Assembly (NCBI GenBank): GCA_977020255.1
Contig: CDROCS010002469.1
Location: 62,001 to 126,000 of the forward strand
Direction: 5' to 3'
Length of the DNA stretch: 64,000 bases
Source of the DNA: Obrimoposthia wandeli
Lineage: Eukaryota
Shown: positions 9,041 to 20,600 of the stretch, in pieces
How positions within the stretch are numbered: position 1 is the first letter of the stretch
Layout of the letters: each line of letters starts with the position of its first letter
Program-made: the position numbers and the translations under genes
The notes under the pieces: generated by a model
The model's input: the letters and a program-made list of their open reading frames with translations, nothing else
Databases searched by the model: none
Told to the model about the DNA's origin: nothing

Positions 9041-12000
9041 ATGATTGAATGGTTCACCAAAAATCATGTTGCTGCTAACCTACTCATGTTAGCTATCATC
9101 ATCCTCGGTATCTTTAGTTTAAAAGCGCGAATTCCGTTTGAGGTCTTTCCAAGCTTTGAATCAAATATCATCAAGACGAGTGTCAACTTATCCGGTGCTA
9201 CTGCACAAGATATTGAACAGAGCGTGACCTTACTGATAGAAGAAGCAATCGCCGACTTAGAAGGCATTGAAACAATCACTAGCTACTCGACAGAGGGTAG
9301 AACAGTCGTCAACATGAAGGTAGATGGGGCATATGATAAAAGAAACATCTTGGCGGATGTTAAAAGTCGTATCGATGCCATTAATGATTTTCCAGATGAT
9401 GCAAAGCAACCCATCACTCAATTAAGCCAACGTAAACGTGAAGTGATTAGCATCAGTGTCTTTGGTGATTTTAGTGAGCAACGAATACGTCGTTGGGGAG
9501 AAAAAACCCGAGATGACTTACTACACATCTCGGGTATCACACAAGTAGAGCTAGACAGAGTCCGTGATTATCAATTAAGCATTGATGTATCACAACAGCA
9601 ACTGCGTCGACACCAATTATCTTTAGCTGATATCAGTACTAGTGTCGCCAATAGCTCCATCGATTCATCTGCAGGTAACTTACGTACGGTTGCTGGAGAT
9701 ATTTTAATTAGCACTAAAGGTCAAGCTTTCGACAGCCAAGCGTATGGCAACATTGTGGTAAAAACAGCCGAAAACGGCGCTAAGGTTCACCTATCTGATA
9801 TCGCTGTGATTAGTAATAGCTTTGAAGAAACACCTTTAAGAACCCGCTTTAATGGGCAAAATGCTGCTTTAATTGAAGTGTATCGAGTAGGAGCACAAAA
9901 TGCTCTAACGATTGCCCAAGATGTTAAAGACTACATTGCGAAGCAACAACCATTAATGCCAACAGGCATAAGCTTAAACTATTGGAGTGACAGGTCTAAA
10001 ATACTTAAAAGCCGTTTAAAAACACTGACAGATAATGCCTTACAAGGCGGTTTACTGGTTATTATAATGTTATCTTTGTTTTTGCGCCCGTCTATCGCTT
10101 TCTTTGTCTTTTTAGGCATTCCTATTAGTTTTATGGGTGCCTTTATTATTATGCCTTTCCTTGGAATTACTCTTAACATCATCAGCTTATTCGGTTTTAT
10201 ACTAGTGCTAGGCATTGTAGTGGATGATGCTATTGTTACCGGAGAAAACATTTATCGGCATATGCAAACAGCAGATAGTGGTATGCAAGCGGCTATTTTC
10301 GGTACGAAAGAAGTCGCGGTTGCTGTAACTTTTGGGGTATTAACTACCGTTGCAGCTTTTATGCCTTTTGCTTTTATAGAAGGGGTTAGAGGTGCTATTT
10401 TTGCGCAAATCCCTGCGGTAGTTGTGCCGGTATTACTCTTTTCCCTTATTGAATCAAAATTTATTTTACCCGCTCACTTAAAATATTTACGCTTGCGTCA
10501 TGCTGATTACACGCCAAATATTTTTAGCCGATGGCAACAACGTTTTGCCGATGGCTTTGAAAACCTTATTATTGCGCAATATCTACCGGTATTAAAAAAA
10601 GCGCTGCATTATCGCTACAGTGTCTTTATTGGGTTTGTTTGCTTCTTATTAGTGATCATAACCTTTGTCTCAAGCGGTTGGATGCGTTTTACCTTTTTCC
10701 CAAGAGTACCTAGTGAAACGGCAAGAGTAACTCTTAACATGCCCACTGGCACCAACTTTGATGTAACCGATAAACACGTACAGCGCATTGTTAATGCCGC
10801 GTTACAATTACAAAAAAAATACACTAACGAAACAACTGGTCAGAGCATTATTTTAAATATCCTTTCCACGACTGGATCAGGCGGTGGAGCTAGTCATCAA
10901 GGGCGTGTTCGCTTTGAAACAATAGCACCTGAAGATAGAGCTGATGTAACCCAAACCCCGGTAGAGATGAAACAGTTAGTTAAAGAGTGGCGACAATTAA
11001 TAGGCCCTATTATTGGCGCACAATCTATGACCTTTCGTGCTGAAATTGGCCGTGGCGGCGATCCTATCGATGTGCAATTAAGTGGTGATTCAATTTCCGA
11101 ACTACGTTTAGCTGCCGCAGAAATTAGAAAGCAGTTAAAACAATACCCTGGCGTGTTTGATATCAGTGATAATTTATCAGACGGTAAAGAAGAGCTGCAG
11201 ATATCATTAAAGCCATTGGGAGACGTATTGGGAATTAGCCGAGCAGCTGTCATCAATCAAATTCGTCAATCGATGTTAGGGCTTGAGGTGCAACGTTTTC
11301 AGCGCGGTCGAGAAGATGTGCCCGTTGTCGTGCGCTTGCCATTATCTGAACGTGATTCAATTGCGGATTTAAATAGTCTTGAAATTTCATTTGCAGATCA
11401 CCGCAAAATCCCATTATCTCAAATTGCCGACATTAGTATTATTGCAGGACCTTCTGCGATGTATCGCACTGATCGCCTTAGAACGGCGAATGTCATTGCT
11501 GACATAAACAAAAAAGAGGTCAATGCCACTGTCTTAAATAATGATATCTCAGCCTTTCTAACGCAATTAAAAACTCAATACCCAGAGCTAAACTTTAGTT
11601 TAAAAGGTGAAGCTGAAGAGCAGAGTGATTCTTTTGGCTCCTTACAATGGGGTTTGGTTTTTGTCTTTTTTGCTATTTATGCATTATTAGCGATTCCTTT
11701 TAAATCGTTTTTTCAACCACTGATCGTGATGTCTGTTATCCCCTTTGGTGCCATTGGTGCTATTTTTGGCCACTGGCTGATGGGGATGGATTTAACCATT
11801 ATGAGCCTTTTAGGTTTACTCGCTTTAATTGGTGTTGTAGTGAACGATTCCTTAGTATTAGTATCATTCATTAATCAGCAAGTTAGTGATGGCCATAGTA
11901 TCCAAAATGCGGTTTTTAAAGCGGGTGTTGCTAGATTTAGGCCAGTGATTTTGACCTCTATCACCACCTTTGCAGGTTTATTACCCTTGCTGTTCGAACA

Positions 12001-12223
12001 AGCAACTCAAGCACAGTTTTTGATACCAATGGCGGTTTCTCTGAGCTTTGGTATTGTTTTCTCTACGGTTATTACCTTACTGCTGATTCCTGTTAATTAT
12101 CTGATTATTGAAGATATCAGAAGCATTTTTGATAAGCGCCCTCAAAAGCCAGAACTAGATACCGAAAAACCTATTATATCTGAGGTTACTCTTTCGTCAA
12201 AAAACCAACAGATATCAGATTGA
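9041..12223 (+). CDS. RND efflux permease (AcrB/AcrD/AcrF family)
   Basis: 1060 aa; GIVVDDAIVTGENI, VVNDSLVLV and RFRPVILTSITT motifs. Confidence 0.95.
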   Translation: MIEWFTKNHVAANLLMLAIIILGIFSLKARIPFEVFPSFESNIIKTSVNLSGATAQDIEQSVTLLIEEAIADLEGIETITSYSTEGRTVVNMKVDGAYDKRNILADVKSRIDAINDFPDDAKQPITQLSQRKREVISISVFGDFSEQRIRRWGEKTRDDLLHISGITQVELDRVRDYQLSIDVSQQQLRRHQLSLADISTSVANSSIDSSAGNLRTVAGDILISTKGQAFDSQAYGNIVVKTAENGAKVHLSDIAVISNSFEETPLRTRFNGQNAALIEVYRVGAQNALTIAQDVKDYIAKQQPLMPTGISLNYWSDRSKILKSRLKTLTDNALQGGLLVIIMLSLFLRPSIAFFVFLGIPISFMGAFIIMPFLGITLNIISLFGFILVLGIVVDDAIVTGENIYRHMQTADSGMQAAIFGTKEVAVAVTFGVLTTVAAFMPFAFIEGVRGAIFAQIPAVVVPVLLFSLIESKFILPAHLKYLRLRHADYTPNIFSRWQQRFADGFENLIIAQYLPVLKKALHYRYSVFIGFVCFLLVIITFVSSGWMRFTFFPRVPSETARVTLNMPTGTNFDVTDKHVQRIVNAALQLQKKYTNETTGQSIILNILSTTGSGGGASHQGRVRFETIAPEDRADVTQTPVEMKQLVKEWRQLIGPIIGAQSMTFRAEIGRGGDPIDVQLSGDSISELRLAAAEIRKQLKQYPGVFDISDNLSDGKEELQISLKPLGDVLGISRAAVINQIRQSMLGLEVQRFQRGREDVPVVVRLPLSERDSIADLNSLEISFADHRKIPLSQIADISIIAGPSAMYRTDRLRTANVIADINKKEVNATVLNNDISAFLTQLKTQYPELNFSLKGEAEEQSDSFGSLQWGLVFVFFAIYALLAIPFKSFFQPLIVMSVIPFGAIGAIFGHWLMGMDLTIMSLLGLLALIGVVVNDSLVLVSFINQQVSDGHSIQNAVFKAGVARFRPVILTSITTFAGLLPLLFEQATQAQFLIPMAVSLSFGIVFSTVITLLLIPVNYLIIEDIRSIFDKRPQKPELDTEKPIISEVTLSSKNQQISD

Positions 12224-12479
12224 GCACAATGCGGTGAGGCTGCTCATCGCACTAAAAACCATGTGGGATCTAATCTAAAAACCTCTTAGCGACGAAACTT
12301 AATATCGTTTCGTTTTTAAGTTGAAATTGAAGTTGAGCCGCCATTTTTATTTTGAATGCAGTCACGGCCAATTCGATGCTAAAACTTACGGGCTAAATAA
12401 GTCCTTTTTACGCACAAAACCTCGCCAAAATTCTATATCATGGGTAGAATGCGCAAATTTACTTAAATGAGAAAAAGCG

Positions 12480-13913
12480 TTGTTAAAGCGAGCCCCACTC
12501 AATTACCAAACACCTTGCACTCAATATCTACAACAAGTGCGCCACTTAGGACAAGCTGTTTTATTAGATAGCGGCTTTCCAAGCTGTAAGCGTGGCCGTT
12601 ACGATATTATTAGTGCAGCACCTATTGCTACCATTGCTAGTGATAAAGGAGTGCTCTCGGGTAAGAATCTACCTTTTTCTTTAGATGATATTCACGACCC
12701 TTTTGAGGCTGTTTCACTGCTTCAAGACAGCGCAAAAAAACAACTTAAAAACCTAAATTTCTCCTTTGATTCCAGTCATATCACAGATACTGCTGCGGAT
12801 GACGATTTAGCTTCACCCTTTTGTGGCGGATTACTGGGCCACTTTAGCTATGATCTAGGTCGCTGTATTGAACAACTTCCGCAAATTGCGGTTGATGACA
12901 GCAATTTGCCTGAAATGCATTTAGGTTTATACGCTTGGGCTATTATCATTGACCACAAACTAAAGCTTTGTTATTTAGCTGGCAGTGATTTAATTAGCGA
13001 CGCAGAGTTTTTTGCACTTGAATCGCTCATAAACGCACCCTCAGCCGCTATTTCAGAGCCATTTAAACTATCATCTGCATTTAGGAGCAACTTAGATCGT
13101 GAAGATTACACACGCGCATTAGAAAAAATTGATGAATACATATTAAGTGGAGATTGCTATCAAGTTAACTTTGCTCAACGCTTTAGTGCTACTTGTGAAG
13201 GCGACCCCTTAAGCGCTTATATCAAGTTGCGCGATGCAGCCCCTACGCACTTCTCTGCATTTATAGATACGCCCCAAGGCGCTATTCTATCGCTCTCCCC
13301 TGAGCGGTTCCTAAGTGTGGATGTTACAGGTAAGGTGGTTACTCAACCGATAAAAGGCACACAACCAAGATCAAGCGATCCAGTAGTTGATCAAGCTAAT
13401 ATTGAGTATTTGCATAATTCTGAAAAAGATAAAGCTGAAAACTTGATGATCGTTGACTTGATGCGCAATGACATTTCAAAAAGCTGTGCGCTACACAGTG
13501 TCAAAGTACCTGCTTTATTTGCAGTTGAAAGCTATCAAAATGTGCATCATTTAGTCAGCACTGTCACCGGGCAATTAGACCAACAAGCCAACCCAATAAG
13601 CTTATTACGCCATTGTTTTCCGGGAGGCTCTATTACCGGCGCACCTAAAATTCGTGCTATGGAAATCATTGATGAATTAGAACCGCATCGCAGGAGTATT
13701 TATTGCGGCAGCATCGGCTATATTAGTTTATGTGGACGCATGGATAGTAGTATTACCATTCGTACTTTATTAGTAGAAGATAACCGCATACTCTGTTGGG
13801 CAGGCGGTGGTATTGTTGCCGATTCTGAAATAGCCGCTGAGTATCAAGAAACGTTTGATAAAGTGAATAATTTATTAAATGCCCTGCAAACTGAAGATGG
13901 AACTGTAAACTAA
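12480..13913 (+). CDS. pabB: Aminodeoxychorismate synthase component I
   Basis: GDCYQVNFAQRF, SPERF, PIKGT, KDKAENLMIVDLMRND, GSITGAPKIRAMEII motifs. Confidence 0.93.
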   Translation: MLKRAPLNYQTPCTQYLQQVRHLGQAVLLDSGFPSCKRGRYDIISAAPIATIASDKGVLSGKNLPFSLDDIHDPFEAVSLLQDSAKKQLKNLNFSFDSSHITDTAADDDLASPFCGGLLGHFSYDLGRCIEQLPQIAVDDSNLPEMHLGLYAWAIIIDHKLKLCYLAGSDLISDAEFFALESLINAPSAAISEPFKLSSAFRSNLDREDYTRALEKIDEYILSGDCYQVNFAQRFSATCEGDPLSAYIKLRDAAPTHFSAFIDTPQGAILSLSPERFLSVDVTGKVVTQPIKGTQPRSSDPVVDQANIEYLHNSEKDKAENLMIVDLMRNDISKSCALHSVKVPALFAVESYQNVHHLVSTVTGQLDQQANPISLLRHCFPGGSITGAPKIRAMEIIDELEPHRRSIYCGSIGYISLCGRMDSSITIRTLLVEDNRILCWAGGGIVADSEIAAEYQETFDKVNNLLNALQTEDGTVN

Positions 13914-13925
13914 AATGCATTTTAA

Positions 13926-13953
13926 AATAGCTGATTTAACTAAATCAGCTATT
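13926..13953. terminator. Bidirectional terminator pabB/udk
   Basis: AATAGCTGATTTA / TAAATCAGCTATT inverted repeat between convergent genes. Confidence 0.6.
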
Positions 13954-14003
13954 GATAGCCTTTCTCTTGAAGTACTTATATTAATAGCGCTTTTGCACCA
14001 AAG

Positions 14004-14636
14004 CTATTTTGACAATAGTTTATTCACATAAGTTGATAACACATCAATCGCGACTTGGTTTTCACCGCCACCAGGGATAATCACATCTGCATGCTTCTTA
14101 CTAGGCTCAATAAACTTGTAAAACGACGGGCGTACCGTGTCTTCATATTGATTAATAACTGAATCCATAGTACGGCCACGCTCACCGACATCACGCTTTA
14201 AACGTCGAATAAAACAAAAATCTAAGGCGGTATCAACATAAATTTTGGCATCTAAAAGCTTACGTAAGCGACGGTGGGTAAAAAGCAAGATTCCCTCGAT
14301 GATAATGACTTTCTTAGGCTGTAATTCTACCTTTTGCACAAAGCGGGTGTGGTTAACAAAATCATATTGAGGTATCTGTACGGTTTCGCCAGCAATTAAT
14401 GCTTCTATATGATCACAAAGTAAATCAAACTCTTTAGATTTAGGGCTATCGTAATTAACTTGAATGCGTTCATCCATCGAAAGCTCATCTTGGTTATGAT
14501 AATAAGAGTCTTCACAGATTAAGCCAATATTATCATTCCCTGTGGCACTCACCCGCTCAATTAAGGTATTAGCTAACAGTGTTTTACCTGAGGCTGAAGC
14601 GCCAGCAATGCCAATGATAATAGTGTTGTTCGTCAT
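14004..14636 (-). CDS. udk: Uridine kinase
   Basis: GIAGASASGKT P-loop, DSYY, IIIEGILLF, RRLKRDV.ERGR and ADVIIP motifs. Confidence 0.93.
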   Translation of the reverse strand: MTNNTIIIGIAGASASGKTLLANTLIERVSATGNDNIGLICEDSYYHNQDELSMDERIQVNYDSPKSKEFDLLCDHIEALIAGETVQIPQYDFVNHTRFVQKVELQPKKVIIIEGILLFTHRRLRKLLDAKIYVDTALDFCFIRRLKRDVGERGRTMDSVINQYEDTVRPSFYKFIEPSKKHADVIIPGGGENQVAIDVLSTYVNKLLSK

Positions 14637-14741
14637 TTAGATTCCAGTATTTAAAAGTAATGTATGCTATAAAGCTGCTATTTTATCACAAGCGATAATA
14701 GATACCGGAATCTAAATTCTATTTTTAGAACTTAATTGATG

Positions 14742-15899
14742 CTATTCAAAAGTGCCTTTTACCAGCATCTCCCCCGCTCTTTTATGCCATTTACCCATCA
14801 CTAACACATCACTAATTGAAGTTTGTTGATCCAATACAACCAGGTCTGCATCAAAGCCTACCTGCACTTGCCCTTTATCATGCAAGCGTAAAAGCTGTGC
14901 AACATTTCGGGTTAGCATCGGTAAAATTTGCTCGAGTTCTACTTTAATTTTTTTCGCAGCTTGTATGGTTTCTATTAGCGTTTGTGAGCGGCCAAAATCC
15001 ATACTCAACAAGTTACCGCCACGATCAAAATTGGGTAGGCAGCCTCCTCCATCAGAACTAATGGTTATTCGTTCTAAAGGCAAATCTTTCTCTATCGCAA
15101 TCGCCACCGCTTGTGCAGCTTCCCAGCCTTGATCTGAACTGCCTTCAGGAAAAGCAGTAATATCGATATAGCAGCCTTGTTTAACTAACTCACAAGCGCT
15201 TGCAAATAGCCCTTTATTACGATTAACATGCGTTGGATTAAAAGTACGCGCGGGTATTTCTGTTTGCGCGATCGCTTGTTCTATTAGTTCTAACTTACGG
15301 TCTCCATCGCCTAAATGGAAATGAATGATGCCTGCTTTTTTCGTCATTAAACCGGCAACGTGTGCTTCGCTTGCCAAGCGAATAACTTCATCAAAAGTGG
15401 GTTGACTAGAGCGATGATCACTAATGGCAAATTCACCGATACCAATCACTGGATCTAAAAATACAATATCCTTTTTGGCGCTGCCTATTAAAGTCGTCAG
15501 TGGATAATGATAGCCACCTGTCCAGCAATAGGCTGTCATCCCCTCTTCTCGCAAGGCATAAGTACGGGCAACTAAGCTTTCTATACTTCTAGTCGTATCA
15601 TCGGTACCTAATAAACCAACAACCGTGGTAACACCCGCACCGGTAAACTGACTAATAGGCACAGGTGGCACTTGGGTAGCGAAACCGACTTCACCTCCGC
15701 CTCCTGTTACGTGTGCGTGGGCATCGATAAAGCCTGGGATTACTCGAGTGCCTTTAAGGTCTATTTCTTCTACTGCAACGTTACTAGGTAGCTCTATCGC
15801 GGTTTCTTCTATCGCGATAATTTTATTCGCGGCGATTAAAATGTTTCTCAAACCTAGGTGCTGTGGATCATACACATCAGCATTTTTTAAATAGATCAC
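14742..15899 (-). CDS. iadA: Isoaspartyl dipeptidase (beta-aspartyl peptidase)
   Basis: PGFIDAHAHVTGGGGE, GVTTVVGLLGTD, AISDHRSSQPT, HFHLGDG, PTHVNR and SSDGGG motifs. Confidence 0.93.
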   Translation of the reverse strand: MIYLKNADVYDPQHLGLRNILIAANKIIAIEETAIELPSNVAVEEIDLKGTRVIPGFIDAHAHVTGGGGEVGFATQVPPVPISQFTGAGVTTVVGLLGTDDTTRSIESLVARTYALREEGMTAYCWTGGYHYPLTTLIGSAKKDIVFLDPVIGIGEFAISDHRSSQPTFDEVIRLASEAHVAGLMTKKAGIIHFHLGDGDRKLELIEQAIAQTEIPARTFNPTHVNRNKGLFASACELVKQGCYIDITAFPEGSSDQGWEAAQAVAIAIEKDLPLERITISSDGGGCLPNFDRGGNLLSMDFGRSQTLIETIQAAKKIKVELEQILPMLTRNVAQLLRLHDKGQVQVGFDADLVVLDQQTSISDVLVMGKWHKRAGEMLVKGTFE

Positions 15900-16016
15900 C
15901 GGTTTTCCTTTTAGTAATGGGCTTTGAATAATGGACTTTTAATAATGAGCTTTATAATTTTATACAAAATAATAACAATAAAATTTTAGAATAAAGCACG
16001 TTCACGTAAACAACAA

Positions 16017-16652
16017 CTAATAGCCTCTAGCGATTTGCTGCTCACTTATCGGCGCTTGCTTTTGAATGTGCGTATTAAGCAGTTGAGTATCTAAATCTTT
16101 TTGCACTCTAGGATATCGCGGATTGCGCCTATCGTTGAGCATTGCATGTTTCCAACCTTGGGTAAGCTGCATAAAGTCATCACAAAACTGCGGTGAATAT
16201 TCAAGACAACCAGCGATAATCACATCTAAATAACTGAAGACTACCGGATGATTTTCACAAGGATTCACCACTTCTTGAGATTGATACAGCCAAACTTTAA
16301 CCTGTGTATTAGCTTGCGACTTTAAATCCATCGTCTGGCTATAAGATTCAACTTGAGAAGCGTCCACCAACACTCTTTGATAACCACGCTCTCTTAAATC
16401 AAAGCTTGGTAGCTCTCTCTCAGGCACTTCTACTAACACACCATTACAAGCTTGGCCTTGTTCAGGCACTACCACCACGGAACTCATTCCAAAATCTTCA
16501 GAAATACGTGACCAGTAACGCGCAAAACCTGAAATTTTAACCGCCACAGCAGCTCCCGTTTCACCGGTTACGGTACGTGAGACACTATTAATAAGACTGC
16601 CGTAGCCAAAAATATAATGGCGAGTTTGAGATGCCTGTGAATGCTGTTGCAA
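16017..16652 (-). CDS. Gamma-glutamylcyclotransferase (GGCT/AIG2-like/ChaC-like) family protein
   Basis: YIFGYGSLIN, CNGVLVEV and FDLRERGY motifs. Confidence 0.8.
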   Translation of the reverse strand: MQQHSQASQTRHYIFGYGSLINSVSRTVTGETGAAVAVKISGFARYWSRISEDFGMSSVVVVPEQGQACNGVLVEVPERELPSFDLRERGYQRVLVDASQVESYSQTMDLKSQANTQVKVWLYQSQEVVNPCENHPVVFSYLDVIIAGCLEYSPQFCDDFMQLTQGWKHAMLNDRRNPRYPRVQKDLDTQLLNTHIQKQAPISEQQIARGY

Positions 16653-16741
16653 AGTATTTCCTCTTACTGATTGAAAGGCTAGAATTTTTTAATGCGCTAC
16701 TTGATGAACCCTATTTAATCAATTTTTAGTGTTAACGTTAC

Positions 16742-17524
16742 TTAAGCAAACCAAGCTTTATATAAACCAAGCACGCTTATCAGCATTAATACAGAGCCCA
16801 TAAAACGATAAAATACAGGGGTACTGGCATTCACTAATTTGTTATGTAGCTTTTGCCCTAAAATATGCCCAATTGTCACTAATGGCAGTAACCACAGATG
16901 ATGAACCCACTGGAAATCGATACCCGCTAGGGCAAATGCAGCTACTTTGATGAGCACTAACATAAACCAGAGAACAAATAAGGTATCTCGTAGTTGATGT
17001 TTTGCAACATGGCTTGCAAAAACCGCCACTATTAAGGGCGCTCCTATTAAAGACGCGCCGCTTATATAGCCGCCTAGCATTAAGAAAACAGAGTCTAATA
17101 CTTTGTTATTGCTTTTAAAAGGGCGATTAATAACATAGCCAACTGCGTACACCAACACCACTACAAAAATAATGCTGGTCATCAATTTTGGTGGCATCGT
17201 TAACAGCCCAAAAACGCCGATCAACTTGGGGACAATCATAATCAACATGGCATATTTGAGATACTGCCAGTCAATGGTTGAAACGTTATTTTGCTTTTCT
17301 AAGCCTTTATTAACATTGCGGTAATTGGTGATGGCCATCCACGCTGAGAATATCAATAAATGGATGGCGATTAAAGGCAAAAACAGTAGCGGATCATTAT
17401 GGATTAACAGCAAAAAAGGCAGCGCTAAAACCGCACCACCAAACCCTAGCCCCGAGCGTACAAAACCGCTCCAGATAAAAACTAAACCTACCAGCGCTAG
17501 TTGTATTGGGGCTAGCTGCTCCAT
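16742..17524 (-). CDS. TSUP (TauE/SafE) family membrane transporter
   Basis: SGFVRSGLGFGGAVL N-terminal motif, a repeated G..SG.S..GAPL half and ~8 TMs. Confidence 0.85.
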   Translation of the reverse strand: MEQLAPIQLALVGLVFIWSGFVRSGLGFGGAVLALPFLLLIHNDPLLFLPLIAIHLLIFSAWMAITNYRNVNKGLEKQNNVSTIDWQYLKYAMLIMIVPKLIGVFGLLTMPPKLMTSIIFVVVLVYAVGYVINRPFKSNNKVLDSVFLMLGGYISGASLIGAPLIVAVFASHVAKHQLRDTLFVLWFMLVLIKVAAFALAGIDFQWVHHLWLLPLVTIGHILGQKLHNKLVNASTPVFYRFMGSVLMLISVLGLYKAWFA

Positions 17525-17622
17525 CTACTTTCTCCAAAGGGTAATATGAAAACCAATGTTTTACTTTATGCCTTGGTCTGTCTCTTAATTCAGCTCCTTA
17601 ATTCAGCCCTTTGATTCAAAGC

Positions 17623-20600
17623 TCAAAGCTGATCTTGTAACTGCTTAATAATCGCCTGCAAAGGGTGATTAATTATTTTTTGATCAATTCGTTTTACTTG
17701 GCTTCGACAGGAATAACCAGTGGCTAAAAGTGCAGAGCTTTGATTATCAGCCACTACTTTTTTCCAGCTCATATTATAGAGTTCTTTTGAATTTTCAATG
17801 TTTTGCGTTTCATGCCCATAGGTACCTGCCATGCCACAACACCCCAGCGCTTCAACTGTTAATTGCTGACCTAATAACTGAAATATTTGCTGCCACTGCT
17901 TGTTCGATGCCGCTGCAGAAGTTTTTTCCGTGCAGTGCGCCATCAACTTGTATTCTTTAGCGGTTAACTTAGCGCCTAATTGTTCCAATTGGCTGGTTTT
18001 ACCTACTAGCCATTCTTGTAGCAACATTACATCAGGAGCATCAATTTGGGCCGCTTTATATTCTTGTCGATAAGTAAGCGTCATCGATGGGTCTATTCCT
18101 ATTAAAGGTATATTCGCTTGTGAAAAGCCTGTTAGCATTGCTGCATTTTTAGTTGCACTTCGCGTAAAAGCTCCTAAGAAACCATGCACGTGCAAAGGTT
18201 TACCATTCGCTTTGAAAGGCGCTACAAACACATGAAAGCCTAAAGCTTTTAGAAAATCGCAAACATCTAATACTAATTGCGTTTCAAAGTAGCTGGTAAA
18301 AGCGTCTTGCACTAACACCACACTTTTCTCACGCATTTGTGGTGACAAGCTATTAAGGCGTCGATTACTGGCGAACTCTAGCTGCCTTTGCTGCATCCCT
18401 TTGATTAAACTATGAGTACAGATACTTGGCGAATCTTGTACCCCTATTTTAGTTAATAGCTTAACGCCTAATTTTGAGGTAGTTAAGAGATTATATACAC
18501 TAGGTACTTTACTCCATAACGGTACTAAATATTCTAAACTAGCTATCAAGTAATCCTTAACTGGTCTTTGATAGCGTTGGTAATAGTGTGATAAAAATTT
18601 AGATCTAAAATCAGGAACATTAACTTTAATTGGGCACTGAGCCACACAAGATTTACAGGCTAAACAGCCCATCATTGCATCATGCACTTCGTGCGAATAA
18701 TCATACTCGCCCTTGCTTTTTGCCCGTGTATTGAACGCTTTTTTCAACAGCACTTGTGGTGTATTGATCACGGTTTGCAACGTGCTACTTGGGCCGCTAT
18801 CAAAGCGTTCGCCTTGCTTTTCCAGCATTAACAACCATTGACGAATTAGCGAAGCACGCCCTTTAGGACTGTGTTTGCGCTCTCTAGTGACTTTCCATGA
18901 AGGGCACATCGCATCATTAGGATCATAGTTATAACAAGCACCATTACCATTGCAGAACATCGCTTGAGAAAACTCTTCTCGCGCACTGATACCAATTTGA
19001 CGATCGTATTCGCCCCTTGTCGGTACTTCATCTATTTTTAACAGCTGTATTACATTTTCTTCGATGTTAAAAGAAGCTGTTTTTTCAGAAGACGCATTTA
19101 TCAAAGGCGTAGCTATTGTTGCTATTAAAGGTGTAGGTATTAAAGGCGTGGCAATTTTTCCTGGATTGAGTTGATTGTGCGGATCAAGACACCCTTTGAT
19201 AAATTGTAGCTGCACATACAGCTCTCCAAAAAAAGCAGGAGAATATTCAGAGCGCACTCCTTTGCCATGCTCGCCCCACAGCAAGCCATTATATTTTTGC
19301 GTAAGCTTAACAACGCCATCTGTAATAGGTCTGATTAGCGCAGCTTGCTGTGGATCTTTCATATCAATAGCTGGGCGTACGTGTAATACCCCAGCATCTA
19401 CGTGGCCAAACATGCCATAAGGTAAATCATAGCTATCTAATAATGCTCTAAATTCCATAATGAAATCGGCTAGGTTTTCAGGTGGTACGGCAGTATCTTC
19501 CACGAAAGGAATTGGCCTTTCTTGGCCAGCACCATTACCTAATAAGCCTACTGCTTTTTTACGCATTGCCCATATTTTGTTTATATTTTGGCTGCCTTTA
19601 ACGATGGTGTAACCAAAGCATTTTCCGGTTTTACCCGATACATCCTGCAAATGTTTTTCAAGTTTAGCGATTTTTGCATCGAGTTCAGCTTCATCATCAG
19701 AGGTGTATTCAACCAAGTTAATGCCTTGTATTTGCGGCTCTCCTGTTACATGTTCAAAAAAATCGGTTACCGATTCCCAAACAATGTCATTCATCGCTAA
19801 ATTTAAAACTTTTGAATCAATAGTCTCTATAGAAGTAGGCTGCCACTGCATCAGCTCTTTTGCATCACGCATAGATGATTCAAAACTTGCGTATTTAAGA
19901 TTAACTAACGCCGCAAACTTTGGAATCGGTAATACGTTCAGCTTTGCTTCTGCAATAAATCCAAGAGAGCCTTCACTGCCACACAGCACTGAGTTCAAAT
20001 CAAGCTCACCTTTTTCATTGCGAATATGTGCTAAATCATATCCGGTAAGACAGCGGTTAAGCTTTGGAAATTTTTCAGTAATTAAAGCGCCTTGCTCACG
20101 TGCAATTTTATCAAGCAAGCGGTGAATGCCACCGATTCGATCGTCTCGCTGACACACAACTTGTAATTGCTGATCATTTAACGGGCTTGACTGCCATGTT
20201 TCGCCGTCGAGAAATACCGTTTTTAATGAGAGCACATGATCGCGGGTTTTACCGTACATACAACTGCCTTGACCACTCGCATCAGTATTTATCATACCTC
20301 CAATGGTCGCTCTATTACTGGTTGAAAGCTCTGGGGCGAAAAACAAACCGTAAGGTTTGAGTGCTGCATTCAATTGATCTTTAACAACCCCTGTTTGAAC
20401 CTTAACCCAGCACTGCTCGCTGTTTATTTCCAAAATATTATTCATATATTTTGAAATATCAACCACGATACCATCTGTTAAGGATTGGCCGTTGGTGCCT
20501 GTACCGCCCCCGCGTGGGCTCAATACTATTTGCGAAAAAGCACTTTGATTAGCCAAACCAGTAACAATGGCTAAATCTTCAACACTGCGCGGGTAAACCA

